This document shows, in pieces, positions 49,065-60,190 of a stretch of 64,000 nt of DNA. The position numbers and the translations under genes are program-made. Every line of letters starts with the position of its first letter. Positions within the stretch are counted from its first letter, which is position 1. The notes beneath the pieces are model-generated. The model searched no databases and was not told the origin of the DNA. It saw nothing but the letters and a program-made list of their open reading frames with translations. The stretch comes from Lophium mytilinum (lineage: Eukaryota), in assembly GCA_010093605.1 (NCBI GenBank), contig MU004195.1, positions 744,001 to 808,000 on the forward strand, in the 5' to 3' direction.

Positions 49065-49830
49065 GTAGCAACCCCCTAAATTAAGCCTGTGGTATCAGGT
49101 GTAGAAAAAGTCGCTGAGGTGCGTCTATAGTGGGCTTACCCCCTCTAGCAACAAAGAGTCACAATTCTAACTGTGCATGTTTAGTAGCCATTTTCTCATC
49201 CGTTTGCACGACCCTCTAAATCGAGCCTATAGAATTAGGCGCAGAAAAGATTGCTAGGGTGCGTTGTTAGAGATCCTGCCTCTTCTGGTTATAAAGAGTC
49301 ACATTTCTAACCGTGTAAATCGATTTCCGCTAGACGCGGAGGGCACGCAGCGTGCATGTTTAATAGCCATTTTCCTATCCGTTTGCACGACCCTTTAGAT
49401 CGAGCCTACAGAATTAGGTATAGATAAGGTTGCTAGGGTACGTTACCTGAGATCCTGCCTCCTTTGGTTACAAAGAGTTACATTTCTAACCGCGTAGATC
49501 GATCTTTAGTAGACGCGGAGGGCACGCCGCGTGCACCTATTGTAAGGGCGGGTTTTACCATCTTTCCACGACCCCCTAAATTGAGCTCGTGGTTTTAGTT
49601 TCGGGAAAGGTTGCTGGGATGCGATGTTGGAGATTCTGACTCCTCTAGTTACAAAGAGTCACATTTCTAACCGTGTGAGTCGATTTTTTTGGGAGACGCG
49701 GAGCGCACGCGGCGTGCACCGATTATAGGGGCGTTTTGAAACGATTTCCCGCGACCGCCTGAATCGAGCTCGTGGTATTAGGTTCGAAGGAGGTTGTTGG
49801 GGCACCCCTTACCTTCTTTAGTTGCTAAAA
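49065..49830. repeat. Degenerate ~180-bp tandem repeat (about 4.5 units) with internal palindrome
   Basis: AAAGAGT[CT]ACA..TTCTAAC at ~49153, 49293, 49472 and 49653; CGACC...GAGC blocks at ~49209, 49388, 49568 and 49752. Confidence 0.9.
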
Positions 49831-49853
49831 GTTACTTCTCAACCCCATCCTCC

Positions 49854-51290
49854 CTAATCGCTCTCGTCCATTAAAGCCGCCAACTCCGCCTCCTCCTCCA
49901 CCGTCATCAGACTCTTCTTTCCCTTCTCCTCCTCCTTCACCACACCTTCTTTCTCTTCGTCATCTTCCTTCCTAACCCTCTCAAATTCCCCTTGACTAAG
50001 TTCCCAGCTCCTCACCGTCCCATCAATCCCCACACTTACCACCTTGCCCCCCCAAATCACGACTCCAGTAACCTCCTCATAGTGTCCTGCTAGCACAATC
50101 ACACACTTCCCACTCCCTGAATCCCACACTCTGACCTCCTCATCCCTACATGCTGTCACAACCCACCCCTTCCCCTCGTCCACAGCGACAGCCCGCACGA
50201 AATCAGGGTGCGGGAACGTGGTGTCTGGGGCGAAATTCTGAGTCCGGGAGAGAATCTGGGCGGATTTGTCCGAAGATGCGGTGAAGAGGTCGCCAGAAGG
50301 GGAGAAAGTAAGCTGGTTTATAGAGGTTTCGTGTGGCGTATGGGGGTCGTTCGGGTCGCTGGTTACCGAGATCGTTGATTTCAAGGTGGAATCCGAAGAC
50401 GGGGTAGCGGTTATCGTCCACCGCCTGATCTCGCGATCACTGCCTGCGCTGAACACAATCACGCTCTCCGACTCTGTACTCTTCGTCTTGGATGGATTAT
50501 CGAGGGAATCAGCTAGACTTAGGGAATTAACAGCTAGACTCAACACCCCCCTCGCATGCCCCTTGAGGGTTTGCAGCGCCTCTCCGGTTTCAACGTCCCA
50601 AATGATGATGGTAGCGTCTGCGGCCCCGCTGAAGAGTAGCTCGCGCCCGCCGAGCGAGACACATACGACGCACTTTACGAAGTCGGTGTGGCCTACGAAG
50701 CGGCGGCCAGGTGCGCGGGTAGCGGTAGACCAGGACCATATTGTTTTATCCCAGCAGCCGGCGAAGAGAGTGCGGGGGGAGCGGGTAGTGGAGAGGCAGA
50801 GGGAGGTGAGGGGGGCCATAGGGCCGGTGAAGGGGGTCGTAGTTTTGCTCTGGGGGGATGTTAGTCGTGATTATGATGATGATGTTTAATAAGCGGAGTG
50901 TATAGGACAATATACAGCAAGGAATCCAACTGTTCTCTTTTAGGGAATAATAGAGACAGGACTAGGGTAGAAGCTGTGTGCGGAACGATAGAAAGAGCGT
51001 ATAACTAAACATCTTACCCACTTCAAGCACAATCCTCCTCACCACCCCCGCCGCCTCGGCTACATACACCGCACCTTCATTGTCTAGATCCGGGATGATT
51101 GCCAGCAACTTGCTTGTAAGCTTGATTGGGTTTCCCTTCTTATTCTTCGACTTTGATGCCTTGCGCGTCCCCTCGTCGATGGAAGCTCTATTCACGCACA
51201 GTTTAGCTTCTAATACACCTAAGAGTTCACAAGCTGATTAGAAGCTCACGTAGTCTGGAAGAAATGCCCGGGGTCGGTAGAGCGCGACAT
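49854..51290 (-). CDS. WD40-repeat protein
   Basis: MSRSTDPGHFFQT first exon; GCWDKTIWSW, GHTDFVKCV, GAADATIIIWD, GHARGV and GHYEEV...DGTVRSW repeats. Confidence 0.9.
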
Positions 51291-51469
51291 TTTGGGCGGA
51301 GAACGCGTAGGTAGGTGGTGGTGTTAAGGTGCGGCTCTGGGATGTGGGGTGGGGTTTTATTTCGTAGGTAGCTCCTCCTGCCCCTCAGCGCAGCTTTCCA
51401 CCTTAACACAGCTTTCTGAAAACACCATACACCCAACAAACCCACCTATTGGAATCCATGTTACTATAG

Positions 51470-51980
51470 CCATATATACTAGGCGCAATTAGCTCTCCTA
51501 TGCCTACCAAGCAAAATCATTACTTAAATAAAAGTCTCCGGACGCGTTTAAAGCGGTGTTTATATTATTAGCTAGGAGGCTAAATTTCTTGCGCCTAAGT
51601 ATACATCCCCGCTATTGCTAGATTATAAAACTACACTATTATGGAGCAAATACTATACTTAATACTAGAGCCAAGGATCTAATACTAGAAAGCTGTAGAG
51701 ACGCTTGCTCTAGTAACTGCTAGTAGTTAGCCTTTATTAACTATAGTTAGTTGGACACTGCTACTAGAGGCTATCAGGTAGAGGTCTGCAATAGAACAGT
51801 ATTAGTAGATCTAGCACTCATCTAGCAGGAACGGGAGAAGAGGCCGCCTCGGGATAAGCTATTAATAATGTAATACATTTATAAGGACACCTGCCAGCTA
51901 ACTACCTAGGTATCTACAGTGCCTTAACGCTAAATTGCTGCTGTAGCACCTTTAGATACTAGAGATAAATTCCACTCCTC
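51470..51980. other. AT/TpA-rich tract, probable RIP-mutated repeat relic
   Basis: Abrupt GC drop with dense TA/CTAG/TAG; no long ORFs. Confidence 0.5.
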
Positions 51981-52089
51981 CTTTTTTTTAAGCTTGTTGG
52001 CGATCCACAGAAATACTGTTTACGAAACTTGCGCGTCCGAACCTCAACACCAGACATCCCTTTTCTAGTTTCGTGCCAAGAACTCATCA

Positions 52090-53305
52090 ATGGAGGCCGT
52101 TGGACTGTCACTTGCGTTGATTCAGGTGTTTGACACTACTACAAAGGCTAGTATATCTCTTGCTTTGTCCATCAGATCCGCAAAAGAGTTTGGCAAAGAT
52201 GCGGAGAAGCTTTCAGTCCGCATTGCAGACGAGATCGAACGGATCAGACAGCTTCGGCAGCTCCTACTGGAGAGAGACAAGATCTTTCCTGATGCTACCT
52301 TGTTTGCGCAGCTCTCTCCTGAGTCGCAAGAGAATCTGGTTGCGTTAATATATGTCGTCACTGGTCCGCTCTTCGGAGAATGTAAGGAGCTTTGGAGTAC
52401 ATACTTGGCCAAGTCGCAGTCAATCAAAGATCTTGACGACCAAGAACCGTTGGGAACATTAGGAAAGGAGCGAGACTTAGACGACTTGGTGAAAGCGTTT
52501 GAGGCAGCATCAGTAAGTATCGATTACCAACAGAACATTGGACTCCGAGCGAAAATGAAATGGGCCGTGAGCGATAAGGTGAGGGCGATCGAGCTAGTTG
52601 ACGAGCTCTCAGATACCACTCGGCGCATCAAAGACGACATTGAGCTCTTCTGCTTTCCTCTTGGAATACTCAATAGCAAAGCGAGCGTGCTTCGACAAGA
52701 TACGGATGCGCAGAAGATTGGCTGGGCGGCCAATGCAGAGCTAATAGGTCTTATTCAAAGCTGCATCACATCTGGGAAGACGTGTGAAGTCAACAGCAAT
52801 GACGTGGAAGTCGACACGGCCAGCAGCGACAACAGGAGCATCGCCACCGCTTACCTACTATCAGAGTCAACCAGTGGTCCTGCAGTACAGATACTACAAA
52901 CCAGATGACAGTAACGATGCGGACAGCGACGCCATGGCAAGATAGAATGAGCCGCTCCGATCGCGCCGAATTCACGATATATACAGTCTGGGTGTGGTCT
53001 TGCTAGAAATTGGCCTACGGCGAACCGCACTTAACATCATTCCCGACGACCTTCGCAAGGCTGGCACGAATATCCAACGAGGAGTAGCAAACATCAGGTT
53101 GCGGAATAAGATCTTAGAGCATTACCACAAGCTATGCGACACTGCTCTCCCGATGACCATGGGATCACGGTATGCTGACGTCGTGTTGAGGTGCTTGAAC
53201 GGCGGTTTTGGGCTACCGGCTGAATATGAAGGGGAGGAGCAGTTGCAGAGACAATTCTGGGTTGACGTTGTAGACTGCTTAAGTAAGATGTCTGAGCAAT
53301 TATGA
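52090..53305 (+). pseudogene. HeLo(-like) domain + kinase-like domain gene with frameshift, stop and probable internal deletion
   Basis: MEAVGLSLALIQVF...KMKWAVSDK...ELVDEL (HeLo-like). A second frame carries VVLQYRYY, TAG at 52943, then HDIYSLGVVLLEIG, MGSRYADVVLRCL and FWVDVV. Confidence 0.75.
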
Positions 53306-54319
53306 GCGAGATAAACAGAGGTTCGTTGAAGCCTAGATGCGCGTAGGGTGCAAGTAAGATGCACGTATCTGATGAGAGGGATGACGTCCGGATAGATTGA
53401 AGACTGCCCTTCGAGGCGACCGCATGCTATCTATGATGCTGAGTTGGTGAGATGGAGGTTAGCAGCGAAGTCATGATAAGGTTTTAGACCACGCTTAAAT
53501 GTGGACTATGCTCCGATTCGGCACACCCCGTTTTCTATTCCACTTCTTCCCAAATCTCCGAATTATTACTCTTATGTGTATGCTTCATCTACAACTATAG
53601 CTTACATCGCGGGTGAACGTAAATTCGTGTCATCATTTGTGCCCTCTCTCTCACTCTAATATTTGATGGAGGGGTGAAATAGAACGGCGAGGAAGTAGAG
53701 CACTTCGTAAGCGGTGGAAGATACTCTGATATCGATCCCACAAGCGGGAATAGACACGCTAGACCGAAAACGGAGGACGACTTAATAAAACCAACTGTTA
53801 TACATCAAGGGAGCACCCCCTCAACTATCAAACTCCAAGGCTATCTATTAAACATTACTCCTCCCTTATCTATTCTCCTCCTCTATTACAACCACGCCGC
53901 TCTCAGCTATTACAGCAATACTAATAAGTATCACACCTTCAACTCAAACCAAAATACAGCAAGCAAACCAAATCCTCATTTCGTAATAATAAAACCAAGA
54001 ACGCCGCCGCCCAATCCCTCGGCATTATTCTCATATCTTCATGCGTTCATACCCATCCATGTTCATATATCGTGAATCCGTCATATCATGCAAAGAGGTC
54101 ATCGTCGTCAATCCAAACCCGCCGCCCAAAAGCGTACAAAAACATCTCCTAGGTGTTTGAACAGGGAAATCCCAATGAAACAACGCCCCAAGAAAAAGAT
54201 CTCCCGCCAAGGGGATCTCTTTGGTGCTTTTTGGAAAAACGCGGCGGTACTGCCTGGCTTGCTTGTGGCCGCCGGCAAATGCGAAATGGTAAACATCATC
54301 CGTACAACCCATCAGCGCA

Positions 54320-56991
54320 TCACCTTCGCAGATTCTCCGCGGCCGCCAACTCCGCAAGGTCGCGAACCGCCCACCGCCAGCCCTCGCCAGAATCGCGGCC
54401 GCCCTCGAACCAGCCCTCAACGCGCCGGCGCCACACGGCCTCCTCCTCGCGCTGGCGGCGGATGAAGCCAGGGCCAAGATCGAACTCCTCGCCGACGAAC
54501 GACGGGTCGTCCATCTTGCTGCTGTCGCCGAAGCCAGACGTGACGCTGGGCGCGCCACCTGCGCCGACTGTGACTTTGTTTTCCTCGTCTTTGAGGTCGT
54601 CGAGCCCGGCGAAGGGGTCGTCGTCGTCGTCGCCCGAGGGCGACATGGCGCCGGCGCGGGATGACGGGCCGAGCTTGAGCCACTTCATTTGGCGGGGGTC
54701 GAAGACCATGCCGCGCTCGACTTGGACGCCGCGGGTGGCGGTAATGTGGGAGATGAGCGCTGGAGCGCGAGGTGGTGAGGGTGGGTTTATGTTGGCGGGC
54801 CGGGAGCTGGTGTGGCGGCCCTGCGGTTGAGATTGGAAGATGTGCGGTATAGATTGTGATCGATCGTGCGAGTAAGGCGACGGTTGATGTGGTGGTGCAA
54901 AGGTAGGTGTGCTCGCGATGGTAAGATTACCGAGCGTCGTGCTCGAAGTGTTGGGATGTGAAAAGGAATCTAATATGGCTTCGTTGCCCTCCCATCTATG
55001 CAATATTGGGTTGTAACGCATGCCTTTCATATCTGCGGAAGGTTAGCGTTTGCTTTGCATATAAAGGAAGTTTGATTCGTACTTTCGGCTCTAGGTGCTG
55101 ACATTGGATTAATCAAAAAGGGTTTCTGGCCCGTTCCTCTTTTCGTGCGCTGGGCGGAAGGGCTCGTATGAGGACTGCTTGCTGCGACCTTAGCCTTCCA
55201 GTTCGTCTGGACTGGAGCAACTGGCCCGTCCTGGCGAGATCTCGTCCCTGCAAGTCGCTGTTCTCGCGCTATGCGACTTGCTGCTGTGTCGCGGGCGAAT
55301 CGTGGTGTGCTGTCTGGCTTCGTCGGGCTTCGCGGTGTAGCTGGAGGTGCCGGAGTTTGCATGCGGTCGGGAAGGGGCAATCGAGTGTTGCTTTGCTGAT
55401 GCCTGAGGGATTTGACCGGGCCTCGCGCGATTGGCACCTTCTCAAACTTCTTCTCCTTCGCGGCGGACGTAGGCAAATCGTCGAAGACCTCGAGCTCACT
55501 GCCGTCGCCGAACGCACGACGTCGTTTGGGCAGCGCAAGAGCACGTTTGGCAGCAGCTTCCCGTTGTAACGCCGCTGGTGCTAGATCGCGGCGCATACCA
55601 GCGCGACTTGGAGTTTCAGGAGGATTCGTTGCCGACATGCGGGAGAATGATCGCATAGCTGGTGATTGGGGTCTGTTATTCGAGTATGATCGCATTGCTG
55701 GCGATAAAGGCCGGTTGCTATTATTCGGGTCCGAGTCCCGACGAAGATGGGTTTGCGAAGATTTGGACTTCACATGGTGGGATTGCGAGCTTGATCCACC
55801 AGCCGGAAGGAAGGGTACAGGGGGTTTCGGCGCATTGTTGAAACTGTTGCGCAAGACAGGCGCAGACCGTTTGGCCCGTAACAGCTGGGCATGGGTGGTC
55901 GTTGGCATGGGACGGGCAGTGCTCTTCGATTGCGCACCTTGCTCATGGATAGGAGTGAGCTTTGATCGACTAGCGGATGCTTGGAGGGGCCTCGGTATCC
56001 TTGAGATTGAGGGCTTGTCGGTGAATGTAAGGGTTGTCGCAGGGCGAGAAGCAGGAGGCGCAGCAGCTTTCGGTGTCGGCTTTTGAACGACGACGTGACG
56101 ATTTACGGTCGCTTTCTTTGTGTCGATGATGTCGCCAGCACCAATGTCCAAGTCGGCGAAGAAGTCGTCCTCCTCGACGGGTTTGGGCTTTGGGGCTGGC
56201 TGTATAGGCTCTGCGGGGGAGGGCGACGAGGACGGCGCATCATGCGGTGAGAAGTCTGGCACGGACGTTGGTGCTTGATCCCGTCTGTGGGGATGAGCTG
56301 GCTCGGGAGAGACATCGGGCGTGTTCTGCTCGGCCTCTTGGAGCTTTTTCAAGCGAGCATTGAAGTCCAGCTGCTCGGGTAGCACAAGACCAGTGATGTC
56401 GTCCTCCTCGCTCTCGAGCGTCATGCAGCTGTTCATGCTCGGGCTCATGGCAGAGACAGACGAGCCGCGGTTGCGGCCATCCCGCTTCGTTCCTCCAAAG
56501 CGGATGCCCAGGCTTCCCTCGCCCCAGTCGTCAAATTCATCTTGGTCTTCTGCTGGGGTCCGCGGTAACTGCGGTGCTTTCAGTTTGAGGGTCTCGAAGC
56601 CGGCAGTCGGCAGCTCGAGGTCATCGCCCCAGTCGTCGTCAGCGATGATTTTGCGCTGGGATTTCTTCTTGCCCAGCTTCTTGATGGATCCGCCGAGCAG
56701 GGCGGAGGACGGCACCCCCAACGGTATGGGGATACCGGCTTGTTTTGCGGATGAGATGGCATGGAGGGTGGATAGCTCGTCGTTGGGCGTAATGAGGACC
56801 TGCCAGTCGTCGTCGCCAATGTTGGACTCGGAGCGCACGGAGACGCGTGAGGATTGCGACGTCTGCACAGTGGAGACGGAGTTGGTGAAGAGGTCGCCTT
56901 GGAAGTCGGCGTCGTCGTCCCAGTTCTCCACAGAATTCGACATGAGGGCCATTCGCTGCGCGAAGCTGCCTTTGTTAGTAGGATTGGCCAT
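54320..56991 (-). CDS. BYR4: Septation-initiation-network GAP scaffold Byr4/Bfa1
   Basis: VENWDDDADF; FGDGSELEVFDDLPTS; KGMRYNP...WEGNE; PALISHI...GMVFDPRQMKW; one intron near 55034-55083. Confidence 0.88.
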
Positions 56992-57655
56992 GGCCGCTTT
57001 TGCGGGCAGGAGCTGGTTTGAAGTTCGCAGGTGAGAGTTGGCGTGGTTGGGAGGTGGTTGGTTTTAGCGAGGCCAGCTCGGCGGTGAGCCCTAGAGCTAA
57101 CGAAAACCCGGACACGAAGTCGCGACACTAACGCGAGAACAGAGAGCGATTCAACACGAGAGCAAGAGGAGCTGAGGGCGCGGAATAATTGTTGACAGCG
57201 GCCTCCGATGGTGTCTATTCCGCGCACATGGAACGCACCCGTAAGTCGCAGTCGCTAGCCGTCTCAAACCGTGTCCGCCGTCTACCTACAGGCAGAAGCC
57301 AGCTACCTACGCGACTCCACTTATAGTCCCTATAACATAAGACCGCCGGACCCTCGCAGCCCTCTCCCTACCGGCGTCGTGGTCTCAGCATTCACTTTCA
57401 CCTGAAACAGCCGTGCCCGCCTCAAACAAGAATCCGCTTCCTCCAGACGCCTGTCCGTCATTCTCGGCGGAGATAGGTGACAGGCATAGCCTTTAGGGCT
57501 CAACATCAACCAAGGATACTCCTGTTACTTGTCTCAGTCCATCTCTCTGTCAACTCACGATCCTAGACGTGTTGCCCCCCGCGTCAGACCCGCGTTGTTC
57601 CCTGTTTGCGCCGGAATCCACGTTCCAGGTAGAGCATCTCATCTCGATCCGCAAC

Positions 57656-58873
57656 ATGGCCGCCGGAGATCGCCATATCATCGAGATCCCCGCCGCAGCG
57701 GGGGAGGGAGATGAGTTCATCATAGTCGACGTCACGAGCCATGGGCCCGGCCGGCTGGACGTCACGTTACTGGGCTCCGAGGGCCAGTTTCCCTACTTCA
57801 AACAAAGTAATCTTACTCGAGTCCAGGATCTCGGCCTGTCTGCTGACCTCGAGTGCAGTTCAGCAGCGAAAGCTCAAGGAGTTGCGGACGACGCGTAAAG
57901 GCAGCGATGAGCAGTGGGAAGCTGCGCTGTCTCACTTGTTGCTGAATGAGGCTGTTAAGGCGGAGTATGTGAGCGCGCTCAAGGGCGTTCAGGTTGTTTA
58001 CCAGGAGGATGGCGACAATCTCAAACTCATTGTCAGACAGGAGGTGGCAACTACTAAGCTCAAGGTTGGTGGTTTACTAATACGGTCTATGGATGCGTAC
58101 TAATGCGTATGTAGCATAACATGGGCGAGATAGTACTCCTAAGAGACGAAGAGAAAGAAATTGACCCCCTCGACTGGGCGCGAGTCGCTGCTAGAGGGGC
58201 GGCAGCGGCCAAAGATCAGTTCGCCGACTTACAGACACAGCTAGGCACTCAACAGAGCACTATCGACAAACTACACGCGCAACTTGACGATCTTGTTAAG
58301 GCTAAGGAAGAAAATGATAATGCAATGCTGCAGAAGTTCACCGAGCTACTCAACGAGAAGAAAATGAAAATCAGAGACCAGCAAAGGCTCCTCGCTGGTG
58401 CAAAGGTGGACCCCAAGGCTGCTGTCACAGTCGAGGCCACCCGCGAGGACTCGAAATCCAAATCGAAGTCACGAAAACCTGCGCCGTCGAGAACCTCAAA
58501 GAGGAAAGCAAACGGGACGGCACGCGTTGTAGAGTCTGAGTCGGAGGGTGAATTCGAGCAGATGCAGGTCGACGAAACGGAGGTCAAGGCGGAGCAGGAG
58601 CGTGAGGAAGACATGCCTGAGGCGACAACGCCTGACCGCAGCGACGATGAGACAGAGGACGAAGAAGGCGATGTCGGGGAAGCTTCGACATCGACGCAAC
58701 CAAGCAAACCCGTCGAATTGGCTACACGGACGGCCAGCAAGCCTGAGCAAACGCCAGAGCTGCCGCCACCCCGGCGCGAATTGCCGTTTGCGAAAGCGAA
58801 AACGCGAGGTCAGAAGGTTGCGCCGCCGCCTGTGGAGGACGAGGATGACGACACAGAGGACGACGAGCTTTGA
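57656..58873 (+). CDS. XRCC4: XRCC4/Lif1-like NHEJ factor
   Basis: Head domain LLGSEGQFPY; coiled coil KFTELLNEKKMKIRDQQRLL matches the XRCC4 ligase IV-binding helix; acidic tail; two introns. Confidence 0.75.
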
Positions 58874-60190
58874 AATAGAGAATGACCGTCACGAGGCAAG
58901 TCAAAGCCTTCAAGACCAATCCGTATCAATTGATCATGGGAATCGCCAACAGCGATGTCGAAGCGACGGGCTCCAAGCTCTCGCTAACGCACATACCCGC
59001 GAGTACCTAGCATCATGCCTAAGCATCTTGTGGCTCAGGAGGCGGAAGCGAAAGATCCCATGATGCACAGGAAGGGTGTTACAGCGGAATCATCCCGCCG
59101 CCGGGTAGTGGACTGTGTAACAGGGGATGAAGATGGTTGCTACCCCATCGGCGAAGTAGAGATGTCGCAATCGATGTGAAAGGGGTAAGACATTGGATAG
59201 CTAGAACTCAGCCCAAGACAGCCCAATATATCAGTGCCTGAAATCGGTGAGTCCCGTGACGTGGAGCGCTTGGCCGTGAATGGCGGGGCTGGGATTGACG
59301 CGCATAGGCGCAGATTCAGGGCCCGGCGACGGAGTGACTGACAGCGAGAACGTGCATGTCAGATTCTATTCTCTGACCCCGGCAGGGCTGAATCTGATGC
59401 AATCTTCGGGAACCTGCGTAGGAAGCAGCAGCGAGGTGGATAGCTTTTCTGCTGCATAGATAGATAGATAAGATGGCCCCTTCCTGCAGCGGCGCTGGCC
59501 TAGCAAACGCCCTGGTGCGGTAGGCTGAGGGTCCAGCAATCCGCGTGGGATTCAAGGTCCGTTACACGCCAGCCGATCTTCAAGAAGAGCCGTGCGTTGA
59601 CGCCCGCATCTTTGGCCTGCTCCACCAGACCCAAACCTGGGAACAACCTCACCGCGCGCCTCCAGACACCACTCCCTCCGAGCAGCAGACGTGCCGACCG
59701 ACACTGCTCTTGCTGCTGCACGCCGAACCACCATACCCGGACCGATCCCGCCCTCCCGCGCTCGACAGCCGTGCCGACATGACCGCCGTGCCCGGCCCAG
59801 CTCACGAATGATAGACAGGCTGCGATAGGCCTCCTGCGGTCCTGTCGCGTCGTCACTCGGTGCGTATTGACTCCTGCGACTTGCTATCCATAGCTTGTCA
59901 TTTCACTGCCCGAATTGGCTGACAATAGTGCGCAGCTCAATTGTGCCTCACTTCACCCACTTCACCGCCAACTATTCACGTCCCCCGAACAATACCATCA
60001 CGGCCTGCAACCTCACCCATCCCAACTCCCCGACGTGTATAGACCTATGATCTGCCATCCTCTGTCCATTTGTATCCTACACCTTACATACCTCTGCCTC
60101 TACCTTTTCACCTCCAACCAAATACCAATTCCCCCCCGGCATATACCATCTCGAGCCCTCTCACCTGTCGCATTGCCGTATGAACTCAGA

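Noticed and set aside
52770..52860. Possible HET-s-type amyloid motif after the HeLo domain
   Set aside because: No two-fold pseudo-repeat or conserved N/G pattern; the segment fits a linker before the kinase-like domain.
59915..60190. TTG-started upstream extension of the Ebp1-like gene
   Set aside because: Reads like a pyrimidine-rich 5' UTR, contains ATGs and lacks protein-like blocks, unlike the transporter case.
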